From assembly GCA_964016885.1 (NCBI GenBank), contig OZ024752.1:41664001-41728000 (forward strand): a stretch of DNA of 64,000 bases, written 5' to 3'. The notes beneath the pieces were generated by a model. That model was not told the origin of the DNA, did not search any database, and saw only the letters and a program-made list of their open reading frames with translations. This stretch comes from Eledone cirrhosa. Lineage: Eukaryota. Shown here in pieces: positions 25,204-39,444 of this stretch. A program made the translations under genes and the position numbers. The first letter of the stretch is position 1. Each line of letters starts with the position of its first letter.

Positions 25204-25629
25204 GTATATATATATGTATGGTGTCATTCCTTATCACAGCCAACACAACCACCAACAACACTACAGCCAGCACCACAGTCACCATGACATATCACCACCG
25301 CCACCCCCACCATGACCCCCACCCCCACCCCCCACCCCCACCACTGCCACCATTAATCTTAATCAATAAAATTGTCTCACTCTTATCCAAAATATTGACA
25401 ATTTATTGCGACAAATGTAATATGAGGGGTATGACATTATGGTGGTGGTGGTGGTGGCGGTGGTGTGGTGGTGGTGGTGGTGATGGCGGTGGTGGTGGCG
25501 CGGGGGGGGGAACAAAACTGATGATGATGATGATGATGATGTGACGCTTGGTGCAAAGGAAGCTAACAGGGAAGTAACAGTCAGTTGCACATGGTAGATC
25601 AAGGAAGAGATGCAGACAGTGACAGACAG

Positions 25630-25642
25630 ACAGATATGGATG

Positions 25643-25715
<73 letters not shown>

Positions 25716-26210
25716 GGATGGATGGATGGATGGATGGATGGAGAGAGAGACAGAGATGGATGGATGGAGAGAGAGATAGAGAGAGACAGACGAATGGATG
25801 GATGAATAGGTAGGTAGATAGACAGAGACAGACAGATGGTGATAAACAAAATAGACAGGGAGACAGGGACAGATAGACAGGGACAGATAGACAGGGACAG
25901 ATAGACAGGGACAGACAGACAGGGACAGATAGACAGGGACAGATAGACAGGGACAGATAGACAGGGACAGATAGATAGAGACAGATAGACAGGGACAGAT
26001 AGACAGGGACAGATAGACAGGGACAGACAGACAGGGACAGATAGACAGATACAATTAGACAGACACAGAGACAATTAGACAGACACAGAGACAATTAGAC
26101 AGGGACAGAGACAATTAGACAGACACAGAGACAATTAGACAGACACAGAGACAATTAGACAGACACAGAGACAATTAGACACACACAGAGACAATTAGAC
26201 AGACAGAGCT
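25630..26210. repeat. (GA)n, (GATG)n, 14-bp and 20-bp minisatellites
   Basis: agacagggacagat x~12; acaattagacagacacagag x~8. Confidence 0.85.
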
Positions 26211-27379
26211 ACCAGACCAGACGATAACATAATTACATAGAAGATAGAAGAAGAACTATGAAACGATAGCAGACGATATAATAAAGACTAAAACCAAAAG
26301 AAAAGACCATTGAATAGTAGTAATATATTAATTCAAGCTCTGTCATTGAACAGATGAGAGCAGATAATAAAGTAGAGCTGACGATGGCGGAGAAACTGAA
26401 ACCAAATCAAACCAAATCAAACCAAAACAATACTTGATGATAATTTAAATAATTTGTTCATTGAGCTTCATATTTCCTTCCCACAGACTCGGTTTTTGTT
26501 TGTTTCATTTTCTGGAAGATAGGGAAGAGAGGGGGAGAGAGGGGCGGGGCGGGGAGATTGGAAAGATGAGCCTATGGAGGGGGTGAGGAGAAGTGGGGAT
26601 GTTTTCTAAATAATGACAAATAATAATGATAATGACAATAACGACCACAACACCACCACAAACAACAAAGCACCAACAACACCACCACAAACAACAAAGC
26701 ACCAACAACAACAACATCAACAACACCACCACCACAAACAACAACATCAAAGACACAACACCACCACCACCACCACCACAAACAACAACAACAAGAAAGC
26801 CACAACAACACCAACAGCAACAAGAACAAGAACAAAGCCTCAACAACAACAACAACAACACCAACATCAACAACAAGAAAGCCACAACACCACCACCACC
26901 ACAAACATCAACAACAAGAACAAGAACAAAGCCACAACAACAACACCAAAGCCACAACGCCACCACCAACAACAAGAAAGCCACAACACCAACATCAACA
27001 ACAGCAACAAAGCCACAACACCACCACCACCAACAACAACAACAACAACAGCTACAACAACACCAACACCCACACCACCACCACCATCAACAACAAAGCA
27101 ACAACAACAACAATTATCTCCCTTTGTTATCCTTATCTCCAATGTCTCCAGCAATTGTGATTATATTATTACATTTCTCATGTTTTAAAGATTTTTTCCC
27201 TTGGTTTCAGTTACATAGGGTGTCTCCTTTCATGCCCACCACAACAAATATGAGTGTATTTCATTCTCAACTTTCTGTTTTTGTTCTATTTTTAACTATT
27301 AACTCTTTAGATACCAAACCCAGCCAAAACTGTCTCTGGTTCTAGGAAACAAAACCATCCATTTTACAGGGGTTCCTAT

Positions 27380-27753
27380 TTAATCCTTTAGCATTTACAT
27401 TACTCTATATATACGGTGGTGGATTGGCAGTATCGGTAGAGGGTCTGACGCCATGCTTTTCAGCAAAGAGTTACGGCCCTTTATGGTCTGAGTTCAAATC
27501 CCGCCGAGGTTAACTTTGCCTTTCATCCTTACGGGGTCGATAAAATAAAGTACCAGTAATGTACTGGGTAATTGCTGGCCTTGTGCCAAAAGTTGAAACA
27601 ATTACTCTATATATACAATTGTATTTTCACGGTAAAGGCTTTATCTCACATAATATCAAATCTATACGATTTTGGTATTATTTATTTTGAGAACAATACC
27701 TTAACATCAGTATGAGTAGCTAGTTATGGCCAGTTTAAATGCTAGAGGGTTAA
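27380..27753 (+). mobile_element. TTAA MITE with nested SINE A (27415-27602)
   Basis: TIR-like ends. attactctatatata appears on both sides of the SINE. Confidence 0.75.
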
Positions 27754-28136
27754 ATTCAAATCTTCCAACATGATTTTATATAAGAACCATATAGCAAGTT
27801 ACTATCTTAGTAACAGAATAATAATTTTATTAAATCTTTCCAAATTCTTCATTAATTAATTCAAATTCAGTAAATTTCATTAAAAATATAAATAACAAAT
27901 AGGTTAATCTGAGAATTTAGTGACAGTAGTTTTTTTTTTTTTTTTGTATGTGTGTATGTGTGTGCGCGCACATGCAAACCTGTCAACTTTCCCCATCCAA
28001 TGGGGAGATCTCTCCCCCACTTTGGGGTGGGTGAGAGATGTCTTCTCTTGTGATAATGGGTATAGCTTTCCTTATGTACAATCTTGCTATTTTGCTTCAT
28101 TTTACCCCATTTGGGTTTTTAGAGGTTGGCAGCTCT

Positions 28137-28205
<69 letters not shown>

Positions 28206-28340
28206 CTGTGTTTATGTCCCACCCGCAGTGATTTGATAAAAAAAAGGGTTTGATAAAATAAGTAAAAGATTTGAGAAGAAAAATTGATCAACTAAATCAA
28301 GATGGAACCCAAGCTCTCTCTCTCTCTCTATATATATATA

Positions 28341-28770
28341 CATTGGCCTTGCAATCGAAAGGTTGTGATTTCAATTCTCAGACTGGGTGATATGTTGTTT
28401 CCTTGAGCAAGACACTTTATTTCACATTGCTCCAGTTTACTCAGCTGTAGAAATGAGATGATAGGGACTGGGGTCCCTATCATTCCACTGCAAAGTGGTC
28501 GAGGAGGTGCCACGGCAAAAAAAAAGCACCCAGCACTCACTGTAAATGAGGTTGGTGTTAGGAAGGGCATCCAGCTGTAGAAATGAGATGATAGGGACTG
28601 GGGGCCCTATCATTCCACTGCAAAGTGGCCGTGGAGGTGCCACGGAAAAAAAAAAGCACCCAGCACTCACTGTAAATGAGGTTGGTGTTAGGAAGGGCAT
28701 CCAGCTGTAGAAATCAAGCCAGCATCAGTTCCCGTCCCACCCTTGCAAGCAGGGAAAAGCGGACGTAAAA
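28341..28770 (+). mobile_element. SINE family B with internal duplication
   Basis: Match to family B. Confidence 0.85.
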
Positions 28771-28897
28771 TTATAATTGTTTCTACTTTTGGCACAAGGC
28801 CAGCAATTACCCAGTGTATTACTGGTACTCTGGGTAATTGCTGGCCTTGTGCCAAAAGTAGAAACATGATAATGATGATGATATATATATATATATA

Positions 28898-28972
28898 TAC
28901 AGGGTCCCCCCAAAATGTATACACACTTCAACAGCATTATAATAAGTGTGTATACATTTTTTTGGACACTCT
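28898..28972. mobile_element. Tiny Tc1/mariner-like MITE remnant
   Basis: ta|cagggtccccccaaaatgtatacacactt ... aagtgtgtatacatttttttggacactct imperfect TIRs. Confidence 0.45.
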
Positions 28973-30146
28973 CTCTCTCTTTCTCTTTCTCTCTCTCTAT
29001 ATATATAGAGAGAGAGGGAGGGAGAGAGAGAGAGAGTGATATGTGTGTATGTTAGTGTATATATATATATATATATATATAAATGTAGGTAAATGTTTAT
29101 CTAACAATAACACTACACACTCCAACATTACCAGCATGATTATATAAGTGAGTATGTGTATATATATATATATATGTATGTGTATATATATATATATATG
29201 TGTGTGTATATATATATATATGTGTATATATAGATATATGTGTGTATATATATGTGTGTGTATATATGAGTGTATATAACTGAGTGTGTGTAAAGTAAGT
29301 GTGTATATATATGTGTGTATATATATATGTGTGTGTATATATATATATATATGTGTGTATATATATGTGTGAATATATGTATGTGTGTATATATATGTGT
29401 GAATATATGTATGTGTGTATATAAGAGTGTATATAACTGAGTGTGCATATAAGTGAGTGTGTATATAAATGTGTATATATATGTATGTATATATATGTGT
29501 GTATATATATATGTGTATATAAGAGTGTATATAAGTGAGTATATAAATGTGTGTGTATATATGTGCATATATATATGTGTCTATATAAGTGAGTGTGTAT
29601 ATGTGTATATATATATTCGTGTATATATAATTGTGTGTATATAAGAGTGCATATAAGTGAGTGAGTATATAAATGTGTGTGTATATATGTGTGCATATAC
29701 ATATGTGTCTATATAAGTGAGTGTGTATATGTGTATATATATATGCATGTATATATAATTGTGTGTATATAAGAGTGCATATAAGTGAGTGTGTATATAA
29801 ATGTGTGTGTATGTATATGTGTGTATATATATATATATATGTGTGTATATAAGTGAGTGTGTATATATATGTGTGTATATATATATAGATGTGTGTATAT
29901 ATATATGTGTATATATATATGTATATACGTGTATATATAAATGAAGGTAAATGTTGATTATCTAACAATAACACTACACACACTTCAGTAAGGATGAGTA
30001 AGAAGGGTTGGTATTTACCAAAGTGGGTCACATGTACATTTAGAGGGACCCCAGCCCTAATCACTATCTCCCACCTTGATTACCATCTGTTAGGGAGCCA
30101 AACCCACTTTAACAGCAAGGTAAAAAATCCCCCCCCCCCCGTGAAA

Positions 30147-30185
<39 letters not shown>

Positions 30186-30204
30186 AGCTGCATTTATCTT
30201 GCTT

Positions 30205-30723
30205 TATGTTCATAGGAGTTATCACCAAGTCACAACCAGTGACCTCAAGAGACAACAAGGTCCGCCATGTTCAAGAAAGAACATACATACTCACATACAT
30301 GCATCTTTAGGTGTTTAGACTTGTGATGTACTTATAATGACAGAATCTTCCTTAGTATATGGGCAGTTGCCATTAGTACCATCTTTTGTATTTCTCCTAT
30401 ACGCGGGTTTCCTGGGAATTCATCATCATCATCATCATCACCGTTTTACGTCCGTTCTTCCACGCTAGCATGGGTTAGACGGGTTGTCCTGTTGTGTGCA
30501 GTGTCTGGTCGGCTGACCATGCCTTGCTCATACAGGAACTGATCTGGCTTTGCGATAAGTAATCATTAGACCCCTTAGGTATCATTCCTAGAGCGCCTAC
30601 AACCACTGGTATTGTTTTAGTTCTCAATTTCCACATTTTTCCAATTTCTATCTCCAGGTCCTTATACTTGCTCAATTTTTAAAATGTTTTTATAGATACA
30701 TTCTTGTCTATTGGAACAGACAT
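30205..30723 (-). mobile_element. R4/Dong-like LINE 3' fragment (restriction-like endonuclease C-terminus), interrupted by a SINE tail at 30420-30549
   Basis: MSVPIDKNVSIKTF*KLSKYKDLEIEIGKMWKLRTKTIPVVVGALGMIPKGSNDYLSQ // IPGNPRIGEIQKMVLMATAHILRKILSL*. The 3' end abuts an (ATT)n tract. Confidence 0.75.
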
Positions 30724-30726
30724 TAT

Positions 30727-30891
30727 TCATCATCATCATCATCATCATCATCATTTTACGTCCGCTTTTCCCTGCTTGCAAGGGTGGGACGGGTCTTATT
30801 CAGCACAGCATCTCTCCACTCGTCACGGTCCCTCGTCATCTCCACCGTGAGCTTCAATGATCTGAGGTCTGTTCTCACCACCTCCGCCCAT

Positions 30892-30892
<1 letters not shown>
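30727..30892 (-). mobile_element. RTE-like LINE family L2 extreme 3' end
   Basis: TWAEVVRTDLRSLKLTVEMTRDRDEWRDAVLNKTRPTLASREKRT* then (tga)n. Confidence 0.8.
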
Positions 30893-30934
<42 letters not shown>

Positions 30935-30947
30935 CACCACCTCCGCC

Positions 30948-30978
<31 letters not shown>

Positions 30979-30988
30979 TATTAGGGAA

Positions 30989-31388
30989 GTGGATTGGCAG
31001 TTTCAGTAAAGGGTCAGACGCCATGCTTTGCAAGCATAGAGTTACGGCCCATTATGATCTGAGTTGAAATCCTGCCAAGGTCAGTCACCTTTGCCTTTCA
31101 TCTTTACGGGGTCGATAAAATAAAGTACCAGTCATGCACTGGGGTTGATTTAATCATCTTTCCTCTCTCCCCAAAATGCTGGCCTTGTGCCTAGATTAGA
31201 AATCATCATTATTATTATTATTATTATTATTTGCCATGCTTTGACGCATAGAGTTACGGCCCTTATCATTCTGAGTTCAAATCCCGCCGAGGTTAACTTT
31301 GCCTTTCATCCTTACGGGGTCGATAAAATAAAGTACCAGTAATGTACTGGGGATAATTGCTGGCCTTGTGCCAAAAGTAGAAACAATT
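30989..31388 (+). mobile_element. Two SINE A copies
   Basis: Match to family A. Confidence 0.8.
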
Positions 31389-31469
31389 ATTATTATTATT
31401 ATTAATCAGAATTTGCAGAATGTTGAACAAAATTGCATTGAAATAATTTAGTTGTGGTTCTTTGTGTTC

Positions 31470-32132
31470 ACCAATAACAACAACAACAGCACCATCTCCA
31501 ACATCACCACCTCCACCTCCACCAACACCAACACCACCACCAACACCACCACCAACACCACCACCAACACCACCACCAACACCACCACCAACAACACCTC
31601 CAACACCCACATCAACAAAACCATCAACACCACCAACATTACCAACACCACCACCACCAACAGCACCACCACCACCAACACCACCACCAACAACACCACC
31701 AACAACACCACCACCTACACCACCTCCACCAACAACACCACCAACAACACCACCACCAACAACACCACCACCACCTACACCACCAACACCACCACCACCA
31801 ACACCAACACCACCACCATCAACACCACCACCAACACCACCACCGCCTCCACCAACAACACCACCAACAACACCACCAACACCACCACCAACAACAACAC
31901 CACCACCACCACCACCACCAACACCACCACCAACAACACCACCACCAACAACACCACCACCACCAACACCACCACCACCAACACCACCAACACCAACAAC
32001 AACACCACCACCACCATAACACCTCCACCAACACCACCACCACCAACACCACCAACACCACCACCACCAACACCACCATAACACCACCACCACCACCACC
32101 AACACCACCACCACCACCACCAACAACAACAC
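31470..32132. repeat. (ACC/AAC)n simple repeat
   Basis: Direct inspection. Confidence 0.9.
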
Positions 32133-32308
32133 CGGTACGCAGCCACTTGGATTATATACACATTAAATGTAGAAAGAATCCTTCATTGTTCCTATACCCC
32201 CCCCTCTCTAACCCCAGTCCCCTTCCACTCAAGTCTTTACCATAATTTGAACTCATCACTTCCACAATATTGATTAACAGTTTTCACTCAAGACATTATC
32301 AACAACAA

Positions 32309-32348
<40 letters not shown>

Positions 32349-32407
32349 TTAGATTTATATATATATATACATTATATACATTATATACATTATATATATA
32401 TATATAC

Positions 32408-32450
<43 letters not shown>

Positions 32451-32689
32451 TTAGATTTATATATATATATACATTATATACATTATATATATATATATAC
32501 ATTATATATATATATATATATACACACACACTTAGATTTATATATATATATACATTATATATATATATATATACACACACTCTTAGATATATATATATAT
32601 AGCCTTCATATATAGATTGCAGTTCTGGATTCCCTTAAGACTTTCTTTCCAATCTTACAGACAAGAGATGTTTTGATGGAATAAATATA

Positions 32690-33525
32690 TAGAGAGAAAG
32701 AAAGAAAGAAAGAAAGAAAGAAAGGAAGGAAGAAGGAAAGAATGAAAACAAAAAAAGTAAGTAACAAAAATATGAAAGAAAAAAAATCTCATTAAACAAA
32801 ACAAAAAAAAATGTATAAAAATGGTAAAAATAAAGAATAAAATTAGAAAAAATAAAATATAAAAAAAGAAAGAAAGAAGCAAGGAAGGAAAGTGAAAGAG
32901 AAAGAAAGAAACAAACAAGGAAGGAAAGTGAAAGAGAAATAAATAAATAAACAAGGAAGGAAAGTGAAAGAGAAATAAATAAATAAACAAGGAAGGAAAG
33001 TGAAAGAGAAATAAATAAATAAATAAACAAGGAAGGAAAGTAAAAGCGAAATAAATAAATAAAGGAAGGAAAGTGAAAGAGAAATAAATAAATAAACAAG
33101 GAAGGAAAGTGAAAGAGAAATAAATAAATAAACAAGGAAGGAAAGTGAAAGAGAAATAAATAAATAAACAAGGAAGGAAAGTGAAAGAGAAAGAAAGAAA
33201 GTAGTAAGGAAGGTGAGAAAGAACGAAAAAGAGAGAAAGAAAGAAAAATGGAAAGAAAGAAAGTAAGAAAGGAAAGTAAAAGAGAGAAAGAAAGAAAGAA
33301 AGTAAGAAAGGAAAGTGAAAGAAAGAAAGTAAGGAAGGAAAGTGAAAGAGAGAAAAAAAGAAACAAATAGGAAAGTGAAAGAAAGAAACAAACAAGAAGT
33401 AAAGTGAAAGAGAGAAAGAAAAAGTAGTAAGGAAGGTGAAAAAGAAAAAAAGAAAAAAAGAAAGAAAGAGAGAAAGAAAAAAAGAAAGAAAGAAAGGAAA
33501 GTGAAAGAGAGAAAGAATGAAAAGA
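32690..33525. repeat. A/G-rich low complexity with ~35-bp minisatellite
   Basis: aaataaataaataaacaaggaaggaaagtgaaagag repeated. Confidence 0.85.
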
Positions 33526-33687
33526 TGGAGAAATCAACATGGTTTTGTATTGAAGAGAAAATGGGAAAAAATACTTGAATTTTTCTCCAGAATTCCACCA
33601 AAATATTGCGAAGACTTCAAAACACTGCAGAGATGGAGTGAAGGAAAAAGACAGAATAAAATCAGAATCTCTTTGTCAGTCACAAGG

Positions 33688-33741
<54 letters not shown>

Positions 33742-33870
33742 ATATATATATATATACATGTATATATATACATGTATGTATATATACATATATATATATA
33801 TTCATTTATTTGAGTTCCAGCCAAGGGACTGAGGCCATGCTGGATATATATGTGTATATATGTGTGTGTA

Positions 33871-33913
<43 letters not shown>

Positions 33914-33988
33914 GATTTCTCCATCTTTTCATTCTTTCTCTCTTTCACTTTCCTTTGTTTCTTTCTTTTTTTCTTTCTCTCTTTATTT

Positions 33989-34024
<36 letters not shown>

Positions 34025-34065
34025 ACACACATATATATATATATGTATGTATATATACACACATA

Positions 34066-34400
34066 TGGAGGCACATGGCTTAGTGGTTAGAGCATTGGCC
34101 GTGCAATCAAAAGGTTGTGAGTTCAATTCTCAGACCGGGTGATGTGTTATTTCCTTGAGCAAGACACTTTATTTCACATTGCTCCAGTTTACTCAGCTGT
34201 AGAAATGAGATGATAGGGACTGGGGTCCCTATCATTCCACTGCAAAGTGGTCGTGGAGGTGCCACGGCAAAAAAAGCACCCAGCACTCACTGTAAATGAG
34301 GTTGGTGTTAGGAAGGGCATCCAGCTGTAGAAATCAAGCCAGAATCACTTCCCGTCCCACCCTTGCAAGCAGGGAAAAGTGGACGTAAAATGATGATGAT
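34066..34400 (+). mobile_element. Full-length SINE family B
   Basis: ggaggcacatggcttagtgg...ggacgtaaaatgatgatg. Confidence 0.9.
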
Positions 34401-34415
34401 TATATATATATATAT

Positions 34416-34692
34416 AAAATAGAAAACGAAAAATCAGTGATACATCTGAACTCAATTTATTGTGTGTTACAATTGTTTCCACGGCGGACAGCTCGAGGCG
34501 CGATCATTGTGTGGATCTGTCTGATTCTGGACAGGTTCGACGGACACATCTAATGATTTTGAACCATATTCTCTCACAGTGAATCAGACAGATCACCACA
34601 ATGATCGCGTCTCGAGCTATCCGCCGGGGAAACAATTGTAACACACAATAAATTGAGTTCAGAAGCATCACTGATTTTTCGTTTTCTATTTT
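34416..34692. mobile_element. Fold-back element with partial hammerhead (GAAA-c(aatt)g-TA)
   Basis: ~110-bp inverted arms around a ~50-bp spacer. The canonical CTGANGA and stem I partner are not clearly present. Confidence 0.55.
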
Positions 34693-35026
34693 GTTTTCTA
34701 TTGTGCACTCTATGCTCTGTAAGAGCATAGAGTGCACAATCGGCATACCGCCTATTGAAGCATCTTAGCTACCATCAGACACACACACATATATATATAT
34801 ATAAATGTAATCTGAGTTTTTCGAATGTTAATAATAATATTCGATTAATTTACAATTATGCAAATATATATATTATGCAAATATATATATTTTCGATTTC
34901 AGATTTTTTCCTTATACTTTCACTCGTGTAGGACACCTCATTTTTTTTGTAAAAAAAACCTCACTTCCTAATATATATATATACATGCTAGCGTGGAAGA
35001 TAGACATTAAACGTTGATGATGATGA

Positions 35027-35072
<46 letters not shown>

Positions 35073-35449
35073 GTAGGTCCCGGGTTGAGTTGGGGATAAC
35101 CACAGTAAGTAAGGTACTCAATACATGGCAGAGTAAATTTTTTTTATTTTATAGAAGCTCCTTCTATAAAATATATATATATATATATATATATAGACTG
35201 TAAGTATATATGTATATATAGTGTCTCAGTGAAGGCGCGTGGCTGAGAAGGTAGAGAATTGGATTCGAAATAGTGAGGTTGTGTGTTCGACACTTTATTT
35301 CACATTGCTCCTTCTACCTGGAGTTACAACTGATAGATAGTATTAGCAACTGGAAAACCAATGGAAACATTGTTTCCTCAGTCCAATCTGATGAAAGTCG
35401 ATCGATTAAAAAGAAAATATATATATATGACACACGAAAATATATATAT

Positions 35450-36369
35450 ATGACACACGACTGTGACCTCTGGCGTCACACAGTAATACAGAGTACCTGA
35501 CTTCCCATGGGTACAAGCTGAAGCATATAGACAATATGCCCCCACACCCTCTCACTGCAGAGTGGTCGTGGAGGTGTCACGGCAAGAAAGCACCCAGCCC
35601 ACACTGTAAAGTGGACGTGTAGGTGCCATGGAAAAAAGCACCTAGCACTTACTGTAAATGAGGTTGGTGTTAGGAAGGGCATCCAGCTGTAGAAATCAAG
35701 CCAGAATCAGTTCCTGTATGAGCAAGGCATGGTCAGCCGACCAGACACTGCCCACAACAGGAAAACCCGTCTAACCCATGCTAGCGTGGAAGAACGGACG
35801 TAAAACGGTGATGATGATGATGATGATGATATATTTTCTCATAACAGGACCACCCAGTTCCGCACTGTAAATGTGGTTGGTGTTAGGAAGGGCATCCAGC
35901 TGTAAAATTCCCAGCTAAAATACAGTTCAGTTTGAGGTAGGTACAGCATGGTAAACTGGCCAGAGTTGTCTTATAATGTGGACAACCCATCTAACCCATG
36001 CAAGCATGGAAAAATAGACGTTAAATGGTGATGACGATGATCATATATATATATATGAGGGACATGACTTAGCGGTTAGAGCATTGGGCTTGCAATCGAA
36101 AGGTTGTGAGTTCAATTCTCAGACCGGGTGATGTGTTGTTTCCTTGAGCAAAACACTTTATTTCACATTGCTCCAGTTTACTCAGCTGTAGAAATGAGAT
36201 GATAGGACTGGGGTCCCTATCATTCCACTGCAAAGTGGACGTGTAGGTGCCACGGTAAAAAAGCACCCAGCACTCACTGAAAAATGGACGTGAAGGGCAT
36301 CCAGCTGTAGAAATCAAGCCAGAATCAGTTCCCGTCCCACCCTTGCAAGCAGGGAAAAGCGGACGTAAA

Positions 36370-36415
<46 letters not shown>
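35450..36415 (+). mobile_element. Cluster of SINE C (35450-35830), older tail fragment and SINE B (36057-36415)
   Basis: Match to the families above. Confidence 0.8.
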
Positions 36416-36416
<1 letters not shown>

Positions 36417-36519
36417 ATACTGACACAACCAGACACACAAACAGCGGCAATTATTCTGAAGTAGTTGTGCAGGAAGAAGACAGAAGAGGCAGAGATACAT
36501 ACATACATACATACATACA

Positions 36520-36571
<52 letters not shown>

Positions 36572-37236
36572 TATTTATATATATATATATATACATATAT
36601 ATAAATTTTGAGTATATGTCGGTTGTTTACCAACACCTCAGTATGCAGATTGGAACACTCGACGAAGTACGCAGGTTGGTTTGTTTACTCTGCAGTGAGT
36701 AAACAAACCAACCTCAAAACTCAGAATGGCTTCAAACCCCGCCGAGATTAACTTTGCTTCTTCTCAAAATAAATAATACCAAAATCTTATAGATTCGATA
36801 TTATGTGAGATAATTATGTGAGGTAAAACATTTACCACAAAAATACAATAGTACGTGTATATATATAGAGTAATGTAGATGCTAAATGGTTAAAGTTCCA
36901 TCTAGTCAGCCTTATGAACAATATGGTCCTGGAATTAGGTAAATAATTTTTGGAAGAAGTTTTTAAAATATCTTTACAAACAATAACATCAACAACAATA
37001 ATACAAAGTAAAAACAAAAGTAGAATATAAAACACATACAAAACACATGTTAAAACACATACAAAACACATATTAAAACACTTACAGTTCTCCAGTTTCT
37101 CTGATTGTATTGTTCCCTATATTAGTCTATAATAGTTGATAACAGTTGAAATAACTTAATATTTAATAACTAACAACTATGGAGAAAAATATTGTAGAAC
37201 AATAGGGAAGGTCTCTTTCTCTCTTTCTTTCTAACT

Positions 37237-37294
<58 letters not shown>

Positions 37295-37381
37295 CTTTCT
37301 CTTTCTTTCTGGTTCTCTTTCTATTTATTAATCTTTCTCTTCTAAGAGGCTGGGCAGAAACAATCACTCTCTCTTTTATTA

Positions 37382-37412
<31 letters not shown>

Positions 37413-37481
37413 ATCTCTATCTCTCTCTTTCTCTTTCTCTCTCTCTCTCTCGCTCTCTCACTCTCTCTATCTATCTATCTA

Positions 37482-37547
<66 letters not shown>

Positions 37548-37645
37548 AGGTTAGATAAAAATAAGAACATTGAAAGCAATGTAATACACTCACACACACA
37601 CACACACTTACACACACGCACATGCACTGTACACAAAGATAGACA

Positions 37646-37678
<33 letters not shown>

Positions 37679-37909
37679 ATGCACTTACACACACGCATTT
37701 ACTATATGAGAGTGAACCACTTTCTAACACTTGGCTGTTGTTTGTCTTAGAAATAGGAGACCAGTCATACTTATAGCAGAGGTGCTGCCACTTACACTAA
37801 ATATGGCTGTCATGACAACAACAACAGTGGTGGTAGTAGTAGTAGTGGTGGTGACACTGGTGGTGACGCAGGTGGTTGTAGTAGTAGTATATTTATATAT
37901 ATATACATA

Positions 37910-38245
37910 TATGGCTTAGTGGTTAGAGCATTGGCCTTGCAATCGAAAGGTTGTGAGTTCAATTCTCAGACCGGGTGATGTGTTGTTTCCTTGAGCAAGA
38001 CACTTTATTTCACATTGCTCCAGTTTACTCAGCTGTAGAAATGAGACGATAGGGACTGAGGTCCCTATCATTCCACTGCAAAGTGGTCGTGGAGGTGCCA
38101 CGGAAAAAAAAGCACCCAGCACTCACTGTAAATGAGGTTGGTGTTAGGAAGGGCATCCAGCTGTAGAAATCAAGCCAGAATCAGTTCCCGTCCCAACCTT
38201 GCAAGCAGGGAAAAAGCGGACGTAAAATGAAATGATGAATGATGA
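37910..38245 (+). mobile_element. SINE family B
   Basis: Match to family B. Confidence 0.85.
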
Positions 38246-38252
38246 AATATAT

Positions 38253-38444
38253 ATTAATATAGATGAGATTCTACAGGACTAGAACTGTTTCATTCTTTAG
38301 AAATCATCAGGAGATTCCTGATGATTTCTAAAGAATGAAACAGTTCTAGTCCTGTAGAATTTAATCTATATTAAAACTTTTATACTCTGCAATGTATTGA
38401 GTACCTTACTTACTGTGGTTACCTCCGATTCAACCCGGAATAAC

Positions 38445-38446
<2 letters not shown>
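38253..38446. mobile_element. Fold-back copy of family H5 with hammerhead cores on both strands
   Basis: ...ctacaggactagaactgtttcattctttagaaatcatcagga|gattcCTGATGAtttctaaagaatGAAAcagttctagtcctgTAgaat... Confidence 0.8.
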
Positions 38447-38503
<57 letters not shown>

Positions 38504-38697
38504 ACGAAGGAGTTGTGGTAAGGAACCAGATGGACCATAACGCAGCAGAGTACTCAATACTTAGGGTAGTAGAGTGGGTAATAGGAGAATGTTTAACCCT
38601 GGCGAAACACGGCTATTCAGTCCAGAAATAGCCGTCGAAACGGCTTGAGCTCTGCCGTCGGGGTCAAACATTGTCCTATATATATATATATATATAT

Positions 38698-39444
38698 AGA
38701 GGCACATGGCTTAGTGGTTAGAACATTGGCTTTGCAATCAAAAGGTTGTGAGTTCAATTCTGATGATAGGGACTGGGGTCCCTATCATTCCACTGTAAAG
38801 TGGTCGTGGAGGTGCCACGGCAAAAAAGCACCCAGCACTCACTGTAAATGAGGTTGGTGTTAGGAAGGGCATCCAGCTGTAGAAATCAAGCCAGAATCAG
38901 TTCCCGTCCCACCCTTGCAAGCAGGGAAAAAGCGGACGTAAAATGATGATGATGATGATGATGATGATGATATATATAAGTGGTTAAACAACAGTTAGTT
39001 CACCATACCGAGAACAATTGTTTCACCGAGCTGAGGATCTGCTAAGGTGGAACAATTGTTCTCGGTATGGTGAACTAACTGTTGTTTAACCACTTATATA
39101 TATCATCATCATCATCATCATTTTACGTCCACTTTTCCCTGCTTGCAAGAGTGGGACGGGAACTGATTCTGGCTTGATTTCTACAGCTGGATGCCCTTCC
39201 TAACACCAACCTCATTTACAGTGAGTGCTGGGTGCTTTTTTGCCATGGCACCTCCACGACCACTTTGCAGTGGAATGATAGAGACCCCAGTCCCTATCAT
39301 CTCATTTCTACAGCTGAGTAAACTGGAGCAATGTGAAATAAAGTGTCTTGCTCAAGGAAACAACACATCACCCGTTCTGAGAATTGAACTCACAACCTTT
39401 CGATTGTAAGCCCAATGCTCTAACCACTAAGCCATGTGCCTCCA
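38698..39444. mobile_element. Tail-to-tail SINE B pair enclosing a hammerhead fold-back (family H7, 38973-39100)
   Basis: Centre: accgag-CTGAGGA-tctgctaaggt-GGAA(mirror arm reads GAAA)-c(aatt)g-TT-ctcggt within ~55-bp inverted arms. Confidence 0.75.

Noticed and set aside
34066-34140. tRNA-like sequences at SINE heads
   Set aside because: A and B boxes are present but there is no complete cloverleaf, and they run into SINE bodies.
37086-37126. Possible small minus-strand exon ending at a gtaagt donor (31 or 41 nt)
   Set aside because: Good donor but ambiguous, weak acceptor; such matches arise by chance in 64 kb.
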